DNA of 64,000 nt. It comes from Calditrichia bacterium (GTDB lineage Bacteria; Calditrichota; Calditrichia; JAJRVZ01). The notes under the pieces are model-generated. The model saw only the letters and a list, made by a program, of their open reading frames with translations, searched no databases and had not been told where the DNA came from. A program made the position numbers and the translations under genes. The stretch covers positions 352,001 through 416,000 of the forward strand of contig CAVZSQ010000019.1 of assembly GCA_963777955.1 (NCBI GenBank). Direction: 5' to 3'. Position 1 is the stretch's first letter, and every line of letters begins with the position of its first letter. This document shows positions 46,120-56,147 of the stretch, one piece after another.

Positions 46120-46464
46120 CTAGGCTGATTTATTATTTTTAACAGCTTCTTCCACTGAATTATAAACTTTAAATATGCGGATCAACCGGGTGACAAAAAA
46201 CAGATTTTGCACTTTTTCAGGCAGGTTAGCCAGGGATAATTGCCCACCGCTGTTCATCACGCTGGTATAACTGCGCATAATCGAACTGACGCCCATGCTA
46301 TTTAACCAGGTCACCCCGCCCATATCCAGCACAACCTTTTTAACACCCTGCCCCAATAAACTGCGTACTTGATCATGCAGATTTTCAGTTTCCGGGGTAC
46401 CCATGAGTTTTCCCTGCAAACTGAGAATTCCGACATCGCCCCGTAATTCGTCCCTGAATTTCAT
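46120..46464 (-). CDS. STAS-domain anti-sigma factor antagonist
   Basis: VVLDMGGVTWLNSMGVSS, GGQLSLAN, TRLIRIFKVYNSVEEA; start ATG 46464. Confidence 0.9.
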   Translation of the reverse strand: MKFRDELRGDVGILSLQGKLMGTPETENLHDQVRSLLGQGVKKVVLDMGGVTWLNSMGVSSIMRSYTSVMNSGGQLSLANLPEKVQNLFFVTRLIRIFKVYNSVEEAVKNNKSA

Positions 46465-46574
46465 CGAATGGTTCTCCGGATTAATTCTGTTCAAGCTATA
46501 TCTAACCATAGTCCTCGCGGCTTTTACCGTAAAGTTAAATTTAGTTTCTTTTTTAAATAGAGGCAATTGATTAA

Positions 46575-47324
46575 TCACTTACCGAAAGACTTCCCGGAGA
46601 CGACACTGTAATATTTTAAGGCCGGATCGTCACTGGTAATGATATGCCCGGTCTGATCATTCTCCAGAGCGATCTTCCATTGAAATAATTCGGAAAAGGT
46701 ATGTTTGGTTTTATCGATGAAGGTTTTGAAAGGTCCGCTTTCTTCATAATGTACCACATCCTGTTTACTATTCCAGATGGTGATTGAGATGGCTTCGTGC
46801 AGCCGTTCACTGCTGGTGGTTAAATAGGCATAACGACACCCCGGTACGCTCTTCAGCAACGGCAGGATATCCTTTTGATAAATAGATATAAATTCCTCCA
46901 TTTTACCCGGTTGGATTTTTAACGATAACAGGCGGAGGTACATCAGTTCTACCGGAATTTTTTCATCAAATTGTGCAACTGTTCGATAGGAAGTGACCAC
47001 CGGTTCTTCAAGAACCGGTTTGTACTCTACTCTCATATCTTTAGACAACTGCGCTTTCCATTCGTTACTGACCTGCAGGTACGGTTTGATCTCCTGCATG
47101 TTGATCTGAAACATTCCGCTGCGCTCATAGTTCTCAGCATTTTCCTGCGTATCCCATAAAGTCAGTGAGATACCCTCCTCCGGATCCAATTCACTTTTAA
47201 TCAGACCGGCGAACAGACATCCCTTCATCTCCTGTAACTGGGGGATGATTTTAGTATCATAGATCTGGCGGATGATCATCAGAGCAGCCGGATCATATTT
47301 AGCCTGAACAAGACGCATGTACAT
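46575..47324 (-). CDS. Tandem antibiotic-biosynthesis-monooxygenase (ABM)-like domain protein
   Basis: Two internal repeats MYMRL...IIPQLQEMKGC..GISLTLWDTQENAENYERSG / MYLRL...ILPLLKSVPGC..AISITIWNSKQDVVHYEESG. Confidence 0.75.
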   Translation of the reverse strand: MYMRLVQAKYDPAALMIIRQIYDTKIIPQLQEMKGCLFAGLIKSELDPEEGISLTLWDTQENAENYERSGMFQINMQEIKPYLQVSNEWKAQLSKDMRVEYKPVLEEPVVTSYRTVAQFDEKIPVELMYLRLLSLKIQPGKMEEFISIYQKDILPLLKSVPGCRYAYLTTSSERLHEAISITIWNSKQDVVHYEESGPFKTFIDKTKHTFSELFQWKIALENDQTGHIITSDDPALKYYSVVSGKSFGK

Positions 47325-47352
47325 AGTTCGGTTTTCCTTTATTAATTTCTTT

Positions 47353-48690
47353 CTACTTTTTCCGTTTAATACAGATCAAGGTCATATCATCGCTTTGTTC
47401 ACATCCGGCGACATACTCTTTGACCGAGTTAACGATGCTTTGTAAAATCGTTCCGGCTGATTTATTACGCTCAGTCATGATAATTTCCTGAATATGCCCT
47501 TCTCCGAATTCTTCGGTGAAGGAATTCATCGCTTCGCTGATACCGTCTGAGAAAACTACCAGTAAATCTCCCGGTTGCAGAGATACGCTATGTTCAGAAA
47601 ACTCGAACCGTTCCAGGAAACCGAGCGGTATACCAATACTCTTCAAGCGCTGAACTTCTCCTTTTTTTGAAATCAAAAACGGATAATTATGGCCGGCATT
47701 GGCATAACATAGCCGGTTAGCACCGATATCCAGAATAGCATAGAACAATGTTGCAAATTTTTCTGAATCGGTACTATTATAAAGCAAAGTGTTGGACTGC
47801 TCCAGGCACTCGCGGGCGCAGGGGGAGCCAAGGGTTTGCCCCCGCAAAGTTGCCTGTAAATTGGCCATTAACAGCGCAGCCGGTATCCCTTTGCCTGATA
47901 CATCACCGAGACAGAAGACCAGACGATCACCGGGTAATGAAATAAAATCATAATAATCACCGCCGACTTGCTTAGCCGGGATACTGATTCCGGCAATATC
48001 GTAACCCGGCAGGACGGGAATACTTTTAGGCAGTAAATTAGTTTGAATTTCCCGGGCCAGATTCATTTCCTGGTGCAGTTTATTCATTTCATGCTGGATC
48101 TGCTGTAATTCCAGTTCTTCCCGGTATAGCCGGACTGCTTCTATAACCTGTGCCGATTGTGCTCCGATGATCGTCAATAATCTTTTATCGTCTTCGGTAA
48201 ATCCCTCGGGACAATGTCCCTCGGGACTGCGTTTATTGAATACGGTCAGCACTCCAATCATCTTACCTTTCTGATGCAGCGGGGCCGCCAGGACAGAGCG
48301 GTAGATAACTTTTTCATCTTTACTTTTGGCTATACGTTCATCGCTTTTAAAATCATTGCTTAAAAACGGTTGCCGGTTCTTTTGCATCCAGCCGGTCACC
48401 TGATCACCGAGGCGGAAGGGTAAACCGTTTGATTGCGAGCCATATTCACGGTGAATGGTCTTCTGGGAGAACTGGTCCTGATCGCTCATCAACCATATCG
48501 CTCCCTGTTCGACCTTGAGATGTTTGACGCATTTCTGAATGATTAAATCGATCACCCGGTTCAAATCCAACGTTGAAGTGATAGCGATGGCAATTTCATT
48601 CAGGATGGATAATTCATCCACTGCTATTTTAAGACGATGATTTTCCTGGCGAAGTAATTCCAGATCGTGCGGCTGATTTTCTCGGGACAT
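47353..48690 (-). CDS. GAF + SpoIIE/PP2C phosphatase (RsbU-like)
   Basis: VGGDYYD, GDVSGKG, NAGHNYP, FSDGISEA, SDDMT; N-terminal GAF; start ATG 48690. Confidence 0.93.
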   Translation of the reverse strand: MSRENQPHDLELLRQENHRLKIAVDELSILNEIAIAITSTLDLNRVIDLIIQKCVKHLKVEQGAIWLMSDQDQFSQKTIHREYGSQSNGLPFRLGDQVTGWMQKNRQPFLSNDFKSDERIAKSKDEKVIYRSVLAAPLHQKGKMIGVLTVFNKRSPEGHCPEGFTEDDKRLLTIIGAQSAQVIEAVRLYREELELQQIQHEMNKLHQEMNLAREIQTNLLPKSIPVLPGYDIAGISIPAKQVGGDYYDFISLPGDRLVFCLGDVSGKGIPAALLMANLQATLRGQTLGSPCARECLEQSNTLLYNSTDSEKFATLFYAILDIGANRLCYANAGHNYPFLISKKGEVQRLKSIGIPLGFLERFEFSEHSVSLQPGDLLVVFSDGISEAMNSFTEEFGEGHIQEIIMTERNKSAGTILQSIVNSVKEYVAGCEQSDDMTLICIKRKK

Positions 48691-48820
48691 GACCTTTTCC
48701 CTGCTCACAGGAATGGTTGCTTGATCCAACCGGTTAATCAAGATAGTCTGCAGAGCCTTAGTAGCTATAAAATAAACAAAACCGTTCCGTAGTGCAAAAA
48801 ATAAAAAAAATGACTGCGGT

Positions 48821-49705
48821 CTAAACTTGAATTGCTTTATCGGCATGATAGGAACTGCGTACCAGCGGACCGGATTCTACATGCCTGAATCCCAATTCCA
48901 AAGCCACCTCTTTCAGATCTGCAAATTCAGCAGGATGGTAATAACGGTGTAAAGGATAATGTTGCGGGGTGGGGGGTAAATATTGTCCAATAGTCAGAAT
49001 CTGGCAATCGATCGCCCGTAAATCTTTCAAAGTTTCAATAATTTCATCGACGGTTTCGCCCACACCGACCATAATTCCTGATTTGGTGGTGAATCCTGCC
49101 TCCCGGGCCCACTGCAGAATCTGCAAAGACCGTTCGTATCGGGCCTGAACGCGTATTGCTTTCTGCAACCGCTTTACCGTTTCCAGATTATGATTCAGTA
49201 CTTCAGGATTTGACTTCAGGATAATATTCAGGTTTTCCCGCAGACCTTTCAAATCCGAGATCAGGGCCTCAACCGTGCAATCTGGTTTGAGCCGGTGGAT
49301 TTGATCAATGCAATCGGCTATAATTCCGGCACCGCTATCCGGCAAATCGTCGCGGGCTACCATGGTCAATACAGCATGACGCAGACCCATCTTTTTTACT
49401 GCCTCGGCTACCCGTTGTGGTTCCTGTAAATCTACCGGATCCGGACGTCCGACCCGGACGTTGCAAAAGGTACAACTGCGGGTACAGGTATTACCCAGCA
49501 GCATAAAAGTGGCTGTACCGCGGGACCAGCATTCGCCCAGGTTGGGGCAACGGGCGCTTTCGCATACTGTGTGCAATTCATTCAATTGCAGCGTTTGACG
49601 GACATGCATAAAAGCATCACCGGAACCAAAGCGTACTTTCAACCATTCCGGACGGCGTAAGGATGTGTTGTGCTGGATGTTTTCAGGATTAGTCTTTGGA
49701 GGCAT
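48821..49705 (-). CDS. lipA: Lipoyl synthase
   Basis: RPEWLKV, CESARCPNLGECW, CTRSCTFC, NHNLETV, GQYL, GPLVRSSY. Confidence 0.97.
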   Translation of the reverse strand: MPPKTNPENIQHNTSLRRPEWLKVRFGSGDAFMHVRQTLQLNELHTVCESARCPNLGECWSRGTATFMLLGNTCTRSCTFCNVRVGRPDPVDLQEPQRVAEAVKKMGLRHAVLTMVARDDLPDSGAGIIADCIDQIHRLKPDCTVEALISDLKGLRENLNIILKSNPEVLNHNLETVKRLQKAIRVQARYERSLQILQWAREAGFTTKSGIMVGVGETVDEIIETLKDLRAIDCQILTIGQYLPPTPQHYPLHRYYHPAEFADLKEVALELGFRHVESGPLVRSSYHADKAIQV

Positions 49706-49741
49706 AAGTTTTTATTTTCTAAACGAAACCAGTAACTATTC

Positions 49742-49821
49742 GATTCCCGCTTATACTATAAGCAAGCGAGGTGCATGATTTGCGGGAATGACACTTTATC
49801 CTTTGCCCTTTACCCTTTTCC
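49742..49821. repeat. dRS3-like palindrome with 31-nt loop followed by heptamer tandem repeat
   Basis: GATTCCCGC-31nt-GCGGGAATGAC (49742-49792), then ctttatc ctttgcc ctttacc cttttcc. Confidence 0.6.
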
Positions 49822-49829
49822 CTACAGTA

Positions 49830-50825
49830 CTACAATCTCACCAGTGCCGAAGCCCAGGTGAAGCCACTGCCGAAAGCTGCCAGGCATACCAATGATTTTT
49901 CTTTTATTTTACCAGCAGCGATTGCTTCGCTCAGCGCAATCGGAATAGAAGCAGCGGTGGTGTTGCCATACTTATGGATATTGCTGTACACTTTATCCTC
50001 CGGCAATTCCAACCTGGCCCTCACCGCATCGGTGATGCGCATATTGGCCTGATGCGGGATGACCAGGTCGAGTTCATTTTTATTGACCCCGGCCGCAGCC
50101 AGCGCTTCTTCGATCACTTCCGGAAACTTGGTCACTGCATATTTGAAGACATATTTGCCGTTCATGTGCGCCCAGATCGAAGGGGTCTCCAGCAATTCGT
50201 GGGTCAGGCGTGGATTCTTCTGGCTACCCGGGTCTTCACACCATAATTCTTTGACATAGCGGCCGTCGGCATGCAAATGGGTTGTAAGAATTCCACGTTC
50301 AGGATCGTCGCTGCGGTCAACGACAGCAGCGCCTGCGCCGTCGCCAAACAATACAGCCACATCACGTCCGCGAGTGGTAAGATCGAGCCCCCGCGACTGG
50401 ATTTCTGAACCCACTACCAGGACATTCTTGTACATTCCGGTCTTGATGAATTGATCGGCGACAGAAAGCCCGTAAATAAAACCGCTGCATTGATTACGGA
50501 CATCCAGGGCACCCACTCCGGGTATGCCCAGCCTTTCCTGCAGCAGGCAGCCGCTGCCCGGGAAAAAGTAATCCGGGCTCAAGGTGGCAAAGATGATAAA
50601 CTCAAGATCTTCAGGTTTTTTACCGGCCCTTTCCAAAGCCAGGCGAGCAGCCTTTTCAGAAATGTCCACGTTATGTTCCCCGTCCCGCACAAACCTCCGT
50701 TCCTGAATTCCGGTACGTTCCCTGATCCAGGCATCGGTTGTATCCATTATTTTTTCCAGATCAAAATTGGTTATGACCTGTTCCGGAACATAATGACCAA
50801 CCCCAGCAATCTTCGCTCTGTACAT
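49830..50825 (-). CDS. fabH: 3-oxoacyl-ACP synthase III
   Basis: DTTDAWIRERTGI, NQCSGF (Cys), LFGDGAGA, IPHQAN, YGNTTAASIP, FGSGFTW. Confidence 0.96.
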   Translation of the reverse strand: MYRAKIAGVGHYVPEQVITNFDLEKIMDTTDAWIRERTGIQERRFVRDGEHNVDISEKAARLALERAGKKPEDLEFIIFATLSPDYFFPGSGCLLQERLGIPGVGALDVRNQCSGFIYGLSVADQFIKTGMYKNVLVVGSEIQSRGLDLTTRGRDVAVLFGDGAGAAVVDRSDDPERGILTTHLHADGRYVKELWCEDPGSQKNPRLTHELLETPSIWAHMNGKYVFKYAVTKFPEVIEEALAAAGVNKNELDLVIPHQANMRITDAVRARLELPEDKVYSNIHKYGNTTAASIPIALSEAIAAGKIKEKSLVCLAAFGSGFTWASALVRL

Positions 50826-50914
50826 AGAAACCCCTTCTGCTTGACAGATTTTACGGCGTGAATATAATATTATATATTTTCATTTCAAAAAATATTCAGA
50901 TTCTGCGTCCGATT

Positions 50915-50962
50915 GCCATCCGGTTTACTCCGGGTAATCCGGAGGAAAGCGGATGGTTTTGA
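50915..50962. terminator. Long GC-rich hairpin followed by TTTT on the + strand
   Basis: CCATCCG-GTTTA-CTCCGG-GTAAT-CCGGAG-GAAAG-CGGATGG-TTTT. Confidence 0.5.
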
Positions 50963-50973
50963 ACAATTTAACT

Positions 50974-51839
50974 TTACAGGTTATTCTGCTTTAAAAAGTC
51001 ATACAGCGCAGAAAAAACTTCCGCGTGATTTAACAGCGACGAGTGATCCTGGCCTGCCAGCAGACGGGTGGTGACATATTGCCCTTGTGCTTTAGAACGA
51101 AGCAGTTCGAAATCGCCTGGTGCCACGAGTTGATCTTCACTGCCATGAAGTAAAAGCAGCGGAACTGAAATTCTGGAAATATTATACTGAGGTGAAAAAT
51201 CCCTCATGCTGATATGATGAGCGAGTTCAAGGAAACGCAGCGTAACCGGAATTATCCAGGTTGGAAATTTGTTATCCCGAAAGGTCTGCTGCAATTGTTG
51301 TTTCATATCAGCGAAACTGGCAATTGAAATTACTGCTGATATCCGGGTTTCACCCGGAGCCACATTTAAACAAGCTACGGCACCTAAAGAATGGCCCAGT
51401 AAAATAACCTTATCGTTTGCCGGCGAAAGTTCCCGGCTGAAATTAATCGCTGCCTGCAAGTCCTGAATATATTGCATGATGGTTGAATAGCGCTATCCGA
51501 ATCGCTTTCACCGTGATTGCGGGTATTGATCAGCAGACAGCGGTAACCCCGCGCGATCAGAAAACCAGCGATGGGTACTAATTTTTCCATAGTGTTTTCA
51601 TAACCATGTATACCGATAATTAATGGACCGGTATTATCCGGCCCACATAAAATTGCTTCGATCGATTTTTGATTTTGCGTCATTATCCGGTAAGAATGAT
51701 AGTCGATTCCCCAGGCTGAGACGGGAGTTGTATTCTTTATCGGCGGGAAATGTAATATCTTATAACTGAGCGAGCGTTCCACATAGCGGAGCACCAGCAC
51801 CACGATGATCAGCACAATTAAAATAATAACAAATTTCAA
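50974..51839 (-). CDS. Alpha/beta hydrolase with N-terminal TM; frameshift near 51485
   Basis: IHGY, RNHGESD in the first ORF; GHSLG, LHGSEDQLV, QDH in the second. Confidence 0.85.
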
Positions 51840-51937
51840 TTTATTCCCCGCTCAGATAAAATCATCTATCCGGCCTGATCCGGTTTTTTCAATATTACCA
51901 AAAATATTCTGCTATGCAAAAAAACAATATTAATATT

Positions 51938-52372
51938 TTATCCGGATCCATGTTTCTGTTCAAACTGTTCCCTGACTGGCTGTTTATTTTTATAGTACCA
52001 AAAAAACATGAAAATCAGAACAAGAATCAGGGCACCTATGGTATCGGCCAGCCAGTCGCTGAAAGAGCAAAACCGTCCGGGTACCAGCTTCTGATGCAAT
52101 TCGTCAAATATGCCATAGATTGATGAAATAATTACGGCTAAGCTGCCGGCATATTTTTGCAGAACATTATTCCGGCTATGTTTAAAACTGTTAACAATTA
52201 AAAAACCCAGCATACCAAACGCGCTGAAATGTAAAATCTTATCCGAAATTTTCTCGGTAAATTCAGGCAGATGCTGCTGGCTGATGGAAGATACGATAAA
52301 AATAGTAATTACGAGTAACTGCCAGGGGAAATGGTATAAGAGATAATTACTGTACTTTGGTCTGATCTTCAT
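51938..52372 (-). CDS. VanZ family membrane protein
   Basis: DKILHFSAFG, YGIFDELHQKLVPGR, DWLADTIGA. Confidence 0.9.
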   Translation of the reverse strand: MKIRPKYSNYLLYHFPWQLLVITIFIVSSISQQHLPEFTEKISDKILHFSAFGMLGFLIVNSFKHSRNNVLQKYAGSLAVIISSIYGIFDELHQKLVPGRFCSFSDWLADTIGALILVLIFMFFWYYKNKQPVREQFEQKHGSG

Positions 52373-52603
52373 ACTGATTTTTTCTTCATATTATATAACT
52401 AATTGTATTTAATGATGTTACATCGACAGATAACCATGACTTCAATAATTGCCGCTTCCTGCCGATTTTAGCCGTGGTTAAATAACCTGCTAAAAAAACA
52501 AATTAGCAGTTCAATTTCAAACTTAAAATTGTTTTTTTTTATTTTGTTCCGATAATAAATAGAGTTTTTACAAAGAATGGAGCAGACGGCGGGGTAATTT
52601 ATT

Positions 52604-52632
52604 TTGACAAAATTTGATCGTTTGTATATATT
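52604..52632 (+). promoter_or_regulatory. Sigma70-type promoter upstream of the RsbW-like gene
   Basis: TTGACA-17 nt-TATATT. Confidence 0.6.
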
Positions 52633-52667
52633 TGCCGAAGGTGTTCAGAATTTTTTAGAATAGTTTT

Positions 52668-53090
52668 ATGAATAATAGAAAGAAAAAAAAATTTTTTCTG
52701 CAGATCGACAGCGACACAAAGTATTTACGCAAAGTTGAGAGTTTGAGTGCTCAGGTCGCCCGCTATGCTGGCTTAAACGACAGCCAGAGCGACGACCTGG
52801 CTATTGTAACTACAGAGTTGGTTAATAATGCCATACATCACGGCAATAAAAATAATCCCCAGAAAAAAGTATCAATCTTATTCCTGGTAAATGCAAAGAC
52901 CATTGAAATCAGAATTAAAGATGAAGGCAGCGGTTTTAATCCGGCTGAGATTAAAGATCCCCTGGCTCCGGAGAATCTGATGAGTGAAAGCGGAAGGGGG
53001 ATTTTCCTGATAAAATACCTGATGGACTCTATCGATTTTAATTTTAGCAAAGACGGCACCGAAACTATCGTCACCAAGAATCTTCATTAA
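52668..53090 (+). CDS. RsbW-like anti-sigma factor / Ser kinase (HATPase_c_2)
   Basis: ELVNNAIHHGN, IKDEGSGF, SGRGIFLIKYLMD. Confidence 0.9.
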   Translation: MNNRKKKKFFLQIDSDTKYLRKVESLSAQVARYAGLNDSQSDDLAIVTTELVNNAIHHGNKNNPQKKVSILFLVNAKTIEIRIKDEGSGFNPAEIKDPLAPENLMSESGRGIFLIKYLMDSIDFNFSKDGTETIVTKNLH

Positions 53091-53191
53091 ACTTTACTCA
53101 CCTGCCGGGACCAGATAAATTTGTTATCGCTTTAACGATTTCCGTAAATTATAATCCTGATTTCAAACGGATAGAATTAAGGTAAATTTTT

Positions 53192-54304
53192 ATGAGTACG
53201 GCGGCAAAAAAAGAGTCGGTAAAAACCGTTGCGGTGGCCATGAGTGGTGGTGTAGACAGTTCAGTAGCAGCTGTTTTACTGAAAGAACAGGGATACCGGG
53301 TGATCGGCATCACGATGAAATTATGGGATTATGCCGAGGTCGGCGGTAATATTAATCATGAGAGCGGCTGCTGTTCTATGGATTCAATTAATGATGCCCG
53401 TACGGTTTGTTCATCCGTCGACATACCTCATTATCTTTTTAATCTCAGCGATCAATTCCAGCAGCAGGTCATACAGGACTTCATCAATGAATATACCGCC
53501 GGACGTACACCCAATCCCTGTGTACTATGCAATAGCAGAATAAAATGGAAATCGATGTTCGAAGGGGCACAAAAATTAGGTGCAGATTTCATGGCTACCG
53601 GCCATTATGCCCGGATTTTCTATAATTCTGTCAATGAACGTTACGAACTCCACCGTGCCGTCGATACCAGGAAGGACCAATCCTATGCCCTGTGGAGACT
53701 GCAACAGGACGATCTGGCCCATACGATCTTTCCCCTGGGACAGTTGACCAAGGCACAGGTCAGAGACCTGGCCAGAAAATATAATCTGCCCACGGCCGAG
53801 AAAAAAGAAAGCCAGGAGATATGTTTTATTCCGGATGACAATTATCACCGCCTGATCAAAGATAAGCATCTGGAAATCAGCCGCGGAGAAATGATCGACA
53901 CAAACGGTACGCTGATTGGTTCCCATCAGGGTTACCCCTTCTATACCATCGGTCAGCGCCGCGGACTGGGTGGAGGATTCAAGGAACCGATGTATGTTGT
54001 GGATATCGATGCAGTGCAGAACCGGATCACCATCGGGAACGATTCTGCGCTTTATGCTCGTGAATTACTGGTTGAACAGGTAAATTGGCTGAGTTGTAAT
54101 GCACCTGACGAGCCGCTCGCTGCCATGGTAAAAATTCGCTATAATGATTCATTTCATGCCGGGACCTTGTATCCATGTGCAAACCGGGAAATCCGCATTA
54201 CCATGAATGATCCTGTTCGCGCGGTCACACCCGGACAATCGGCGGTTTTTTATAATGAGGATATTGTGCTGGGGGGGGGAATTATTAAGGCAAAGATAGT
54301 ATAA
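53192..54304 (+). CDS. mnmA: tRNA 2-thiouridine(34) synthase
   Basis: AMSGGVDSS, GRTPNPCVLCN, ATGHYA, KDQSY, ESQEICF, YTIGQRRG, AVTPGQ. Confidence 0.98.
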   Translation: MSTAAKKESVKTVAVAMSGGVDSSVAAVLLKEQGYRVIGITMKLWDYAEVGGNINHESGCCSMDSINDARTVCSSVDIPHYLFNLSDQFQQQVIQDFINEYTAGRTPNPCVLCNSRIKWKSMFEGAQKLGADFMATGHYARIFYNSVNERYELHRAVDTRKDQSYALWRLQQDDLAHTIFPLGQLTKAQVRDLARKYNLPTAEKKESQEICFIPDDNYHRLIKDKHLEISRGEMIDTNGTLIGSHQGYPFYTIGQRRGLGGGFKEPMYVVDIDAVQNRITIGNDSALYARELLVEQVNWLSCNAPDEPLAAMVKIRYNDSFHAGTLYPCANREIRITMNDPVRAVTPGQSAVFYNEDIVLGGGIIKAKIV

Positions 54305-54318
54305 GCACAAAGGCAATG

Positions 54319-54408
54319 ACCCTCCCCTTTATCCCCTCCCTTATGCATAAGGGAGGGGAAGGAGGGGTGGGTTACTCAGGTACTAAGGGACTCAGGTACT
54401 AAGGAACT
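54319..54408. repeat. CCCCTCCC/GGGAGGGG palindrome followed by octamer repeat
   Basis: CCCCTCCCTTATGCATAAGGGAGGGG, then (a)ctcaggta ctaaggga ctcaggta ctaaggaa. Confidence 0.6.
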
Positions 54409-54440
54409 TTAAATACAAATTAATAAAAGAAGATAAAACC

Positions 54441-55256
54441 ATGTCTGTCAATAACAATATTAAAAAAATCACCGTTCCTGCTATCGTGCAGATGAAGCAG
54501 AACCGTGAAAAAATTTCTGTGCTGACCGCTTATGATCATTTAATGGCCAGGATGCTTGACGATGCCGGACTGGATATCATACTGGTAGGCGATTCTGCCG
54601 GTATGGTTATCGCAGGCTTCGAGAGTACGCTTCCCGTAACGATGGATATGATGTTATACCACGTTGCAGCCGTACGGCGAGGTGTGCGGCGTGCTTTACT
54701 GGTAGCCGACATGCCCTTTCTTTCCTTTCAGGCCGGTATCGATACTGCAATATATAATGCCGGGCGATTTCTGCAGGAAGCCGGAGCCGAAGCCGTAAAA
54801 CTGGAGGGGGGCGAAGCGGTAGCCGAAATTGTGCATAAACTGGTGGGATATGGTATCCCGGTGATGGGACATCTCGGTTTGACACCGCAATCCATCAATC
54901 TATTCGGCGGTTATGGCCTGATAGGTAAAGAGGATAAAGCAGCAAATGTCCTGATGATGAATGCCCAGATCCTTGAGCAGGCGGGTATTTTTGCGCTGGT
55001 GCTGGAAAAAATCCCGGCTGCCCTGGCCAAAAAAATAACTAATAAATTAAAAATACCGACGATCGGTATCGGAGCTGGTAAATTCTGCGACGGACAGGTG
55101 CTGGTAACTCATGATATGCTGGGAATGTTCGAGCGATTCCAGCCGAAGTTCGCCCGCCGCTATGTAAACCTGGCCGAAGTGATGCGCAGCGCATTTGAAA
55201 AATACAGACAGGACGTAAAAACAGGCCAGTTCCCGAATGACGATGAAAGTTATTGA
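54441..55256 (+). CDS. panB: 3-methyl-2-oxobutanoate hydroxymethyltransferase
   Basis: LTAYD, ILVGDS, ADMPF, AVKLEGG, GHLGLTPQS, IGIGAG..CDGQVLV. Confidence 0.98.
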   Translation: MSVNNNIKKITVPAIVQMKQNREKISVLTAYDHLMARMLDDAGLDIILVGDSAGMVIAGFESTLPVTMDMMLYHVAAVRRGVRRALLVADMPFLSFQAGIDTAIYNAGRFLQEAGAEAVKLEGGEAVAEIVHKLVGYGIPVMGHLGLTPQSINLFGGYGLIGKEDKAANVLMMNAQILEQAGIFALVLEKIPAALAKKITNKLKIPTIGIGAGKFCDGQVLVTHDMLGMFERFQPKFARRYVNLAEVMRSAFEKYRQDVKTGQFPNDDESY

Positions 55257-56085
55257 ATCTGTAGCCGGGATGATGGAATTTTCCCGGCAATTGCATCTGC
55301 AGCATCAGCGCATCGGACTCGTGCCCACTATGGGATATCTGCATGAAGGACACCTGAGTTTGATACGTCTGGTCAGGGAAAAAAGTGACCGCGTGGTGGT
55401 CAGTATATTTGTAAACCCCAGCCAGTTTGCAGCGGGTGAGGACTTCGAAAAATATCCCCGTGATTTGGAACGCGATCAAAGTCTTTGCCGGCAGGAAGGG
55501 GTAGACTGCCTTTTTCACCCGGCTGCGGCAGAAATGTATTCATCCGCGCACCGGACATCCGTAATCACCGACCAATTGGCCGATAAACTGTGCGGTCTCA
55601 GCCGGCCGACCCATTTTCAGGGGGTGACTACAATAGTGGCCAAACTTTTTAATATTATTCAACCGGATGTTGCTGTCTTCGGGCAGAAGGATGCTCAACA
55701 GAGTTTGATCATCCGGCGGATGGTCAGCGATCTGAACTTTCCAGTGCAGATACTGGTGGCCCCGATTATACGGGAAACAGACGGACTGGCTTTGAGTTCA
55801 CGCAACAAATACCTGTCCCCTGTTCAGCGTGCAGTAGCCCCGGTACTTTATCAGGCTCTGCAGGAAGCAGAACATTTGATTCGGGTTGGAGAAACCAGCG
55901 GCAATAAAATAAAAGCAGCCATGATGGCTATGATTCAGGCAGTGCCGGAGGCCAGGTTGGATTACCTGGCTATCGTAGATTTTCAGCAGTTAGAGCCGGT
56001 TCAGAAGATTGTCCCCGGGACGCTCATAGCAGTGGCCGCATATTTTGGAGCCACCCGGCTTATTGACAATATTATAGTTACCTGA
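55243..56085 (+). CDS. panC: Pantoate--beta-alanine ligase
   Basis: VPTMGYLHEGH, SIFVNP, RPTHFQGV, FGQKDAQQ, GLALSSRN, RLIDN. Confidence 0.98.
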   Translation: MKVIESVAGMMEFSRQLHLQHQRIGLVPTMGYLHEGHLSLIRLVREKSDRVVVSIFVNPSQFAAGEDFEKYPRDLERDQSLCRQEGVDCLFHPAAAEMYSSAHRTSVITDQLADKLCGLSRPTHFQGVTTIVAKLFNIIQPDVAVFGQKDAQQSLIIRRMVSDLNFPVQILVAPIIRETDGLALSSRNKYLSPVQRAVAPVLYQALQEAEHLIRVGETSGNKIKAAMMAMIQAVPEARLDYLAIVDFQQLEPVQKIVPGTLIAVAAYFGATRLIDNIIVT

Positions 56086-56147
56086 AGAATAATTTTTGAA
56101 AACCTAATGTTTTATTAACGAAATATCACAGCGGAATAGCAAGGAGA

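Noticed and set aside
50915..50962. SRP (4.5S) RNA
   Set aside because: It has a CCGGAGGAAAGC resemblance but lacks the conserved TCAGG...GGAAG..AGCAGC domain IV pattern on either strand
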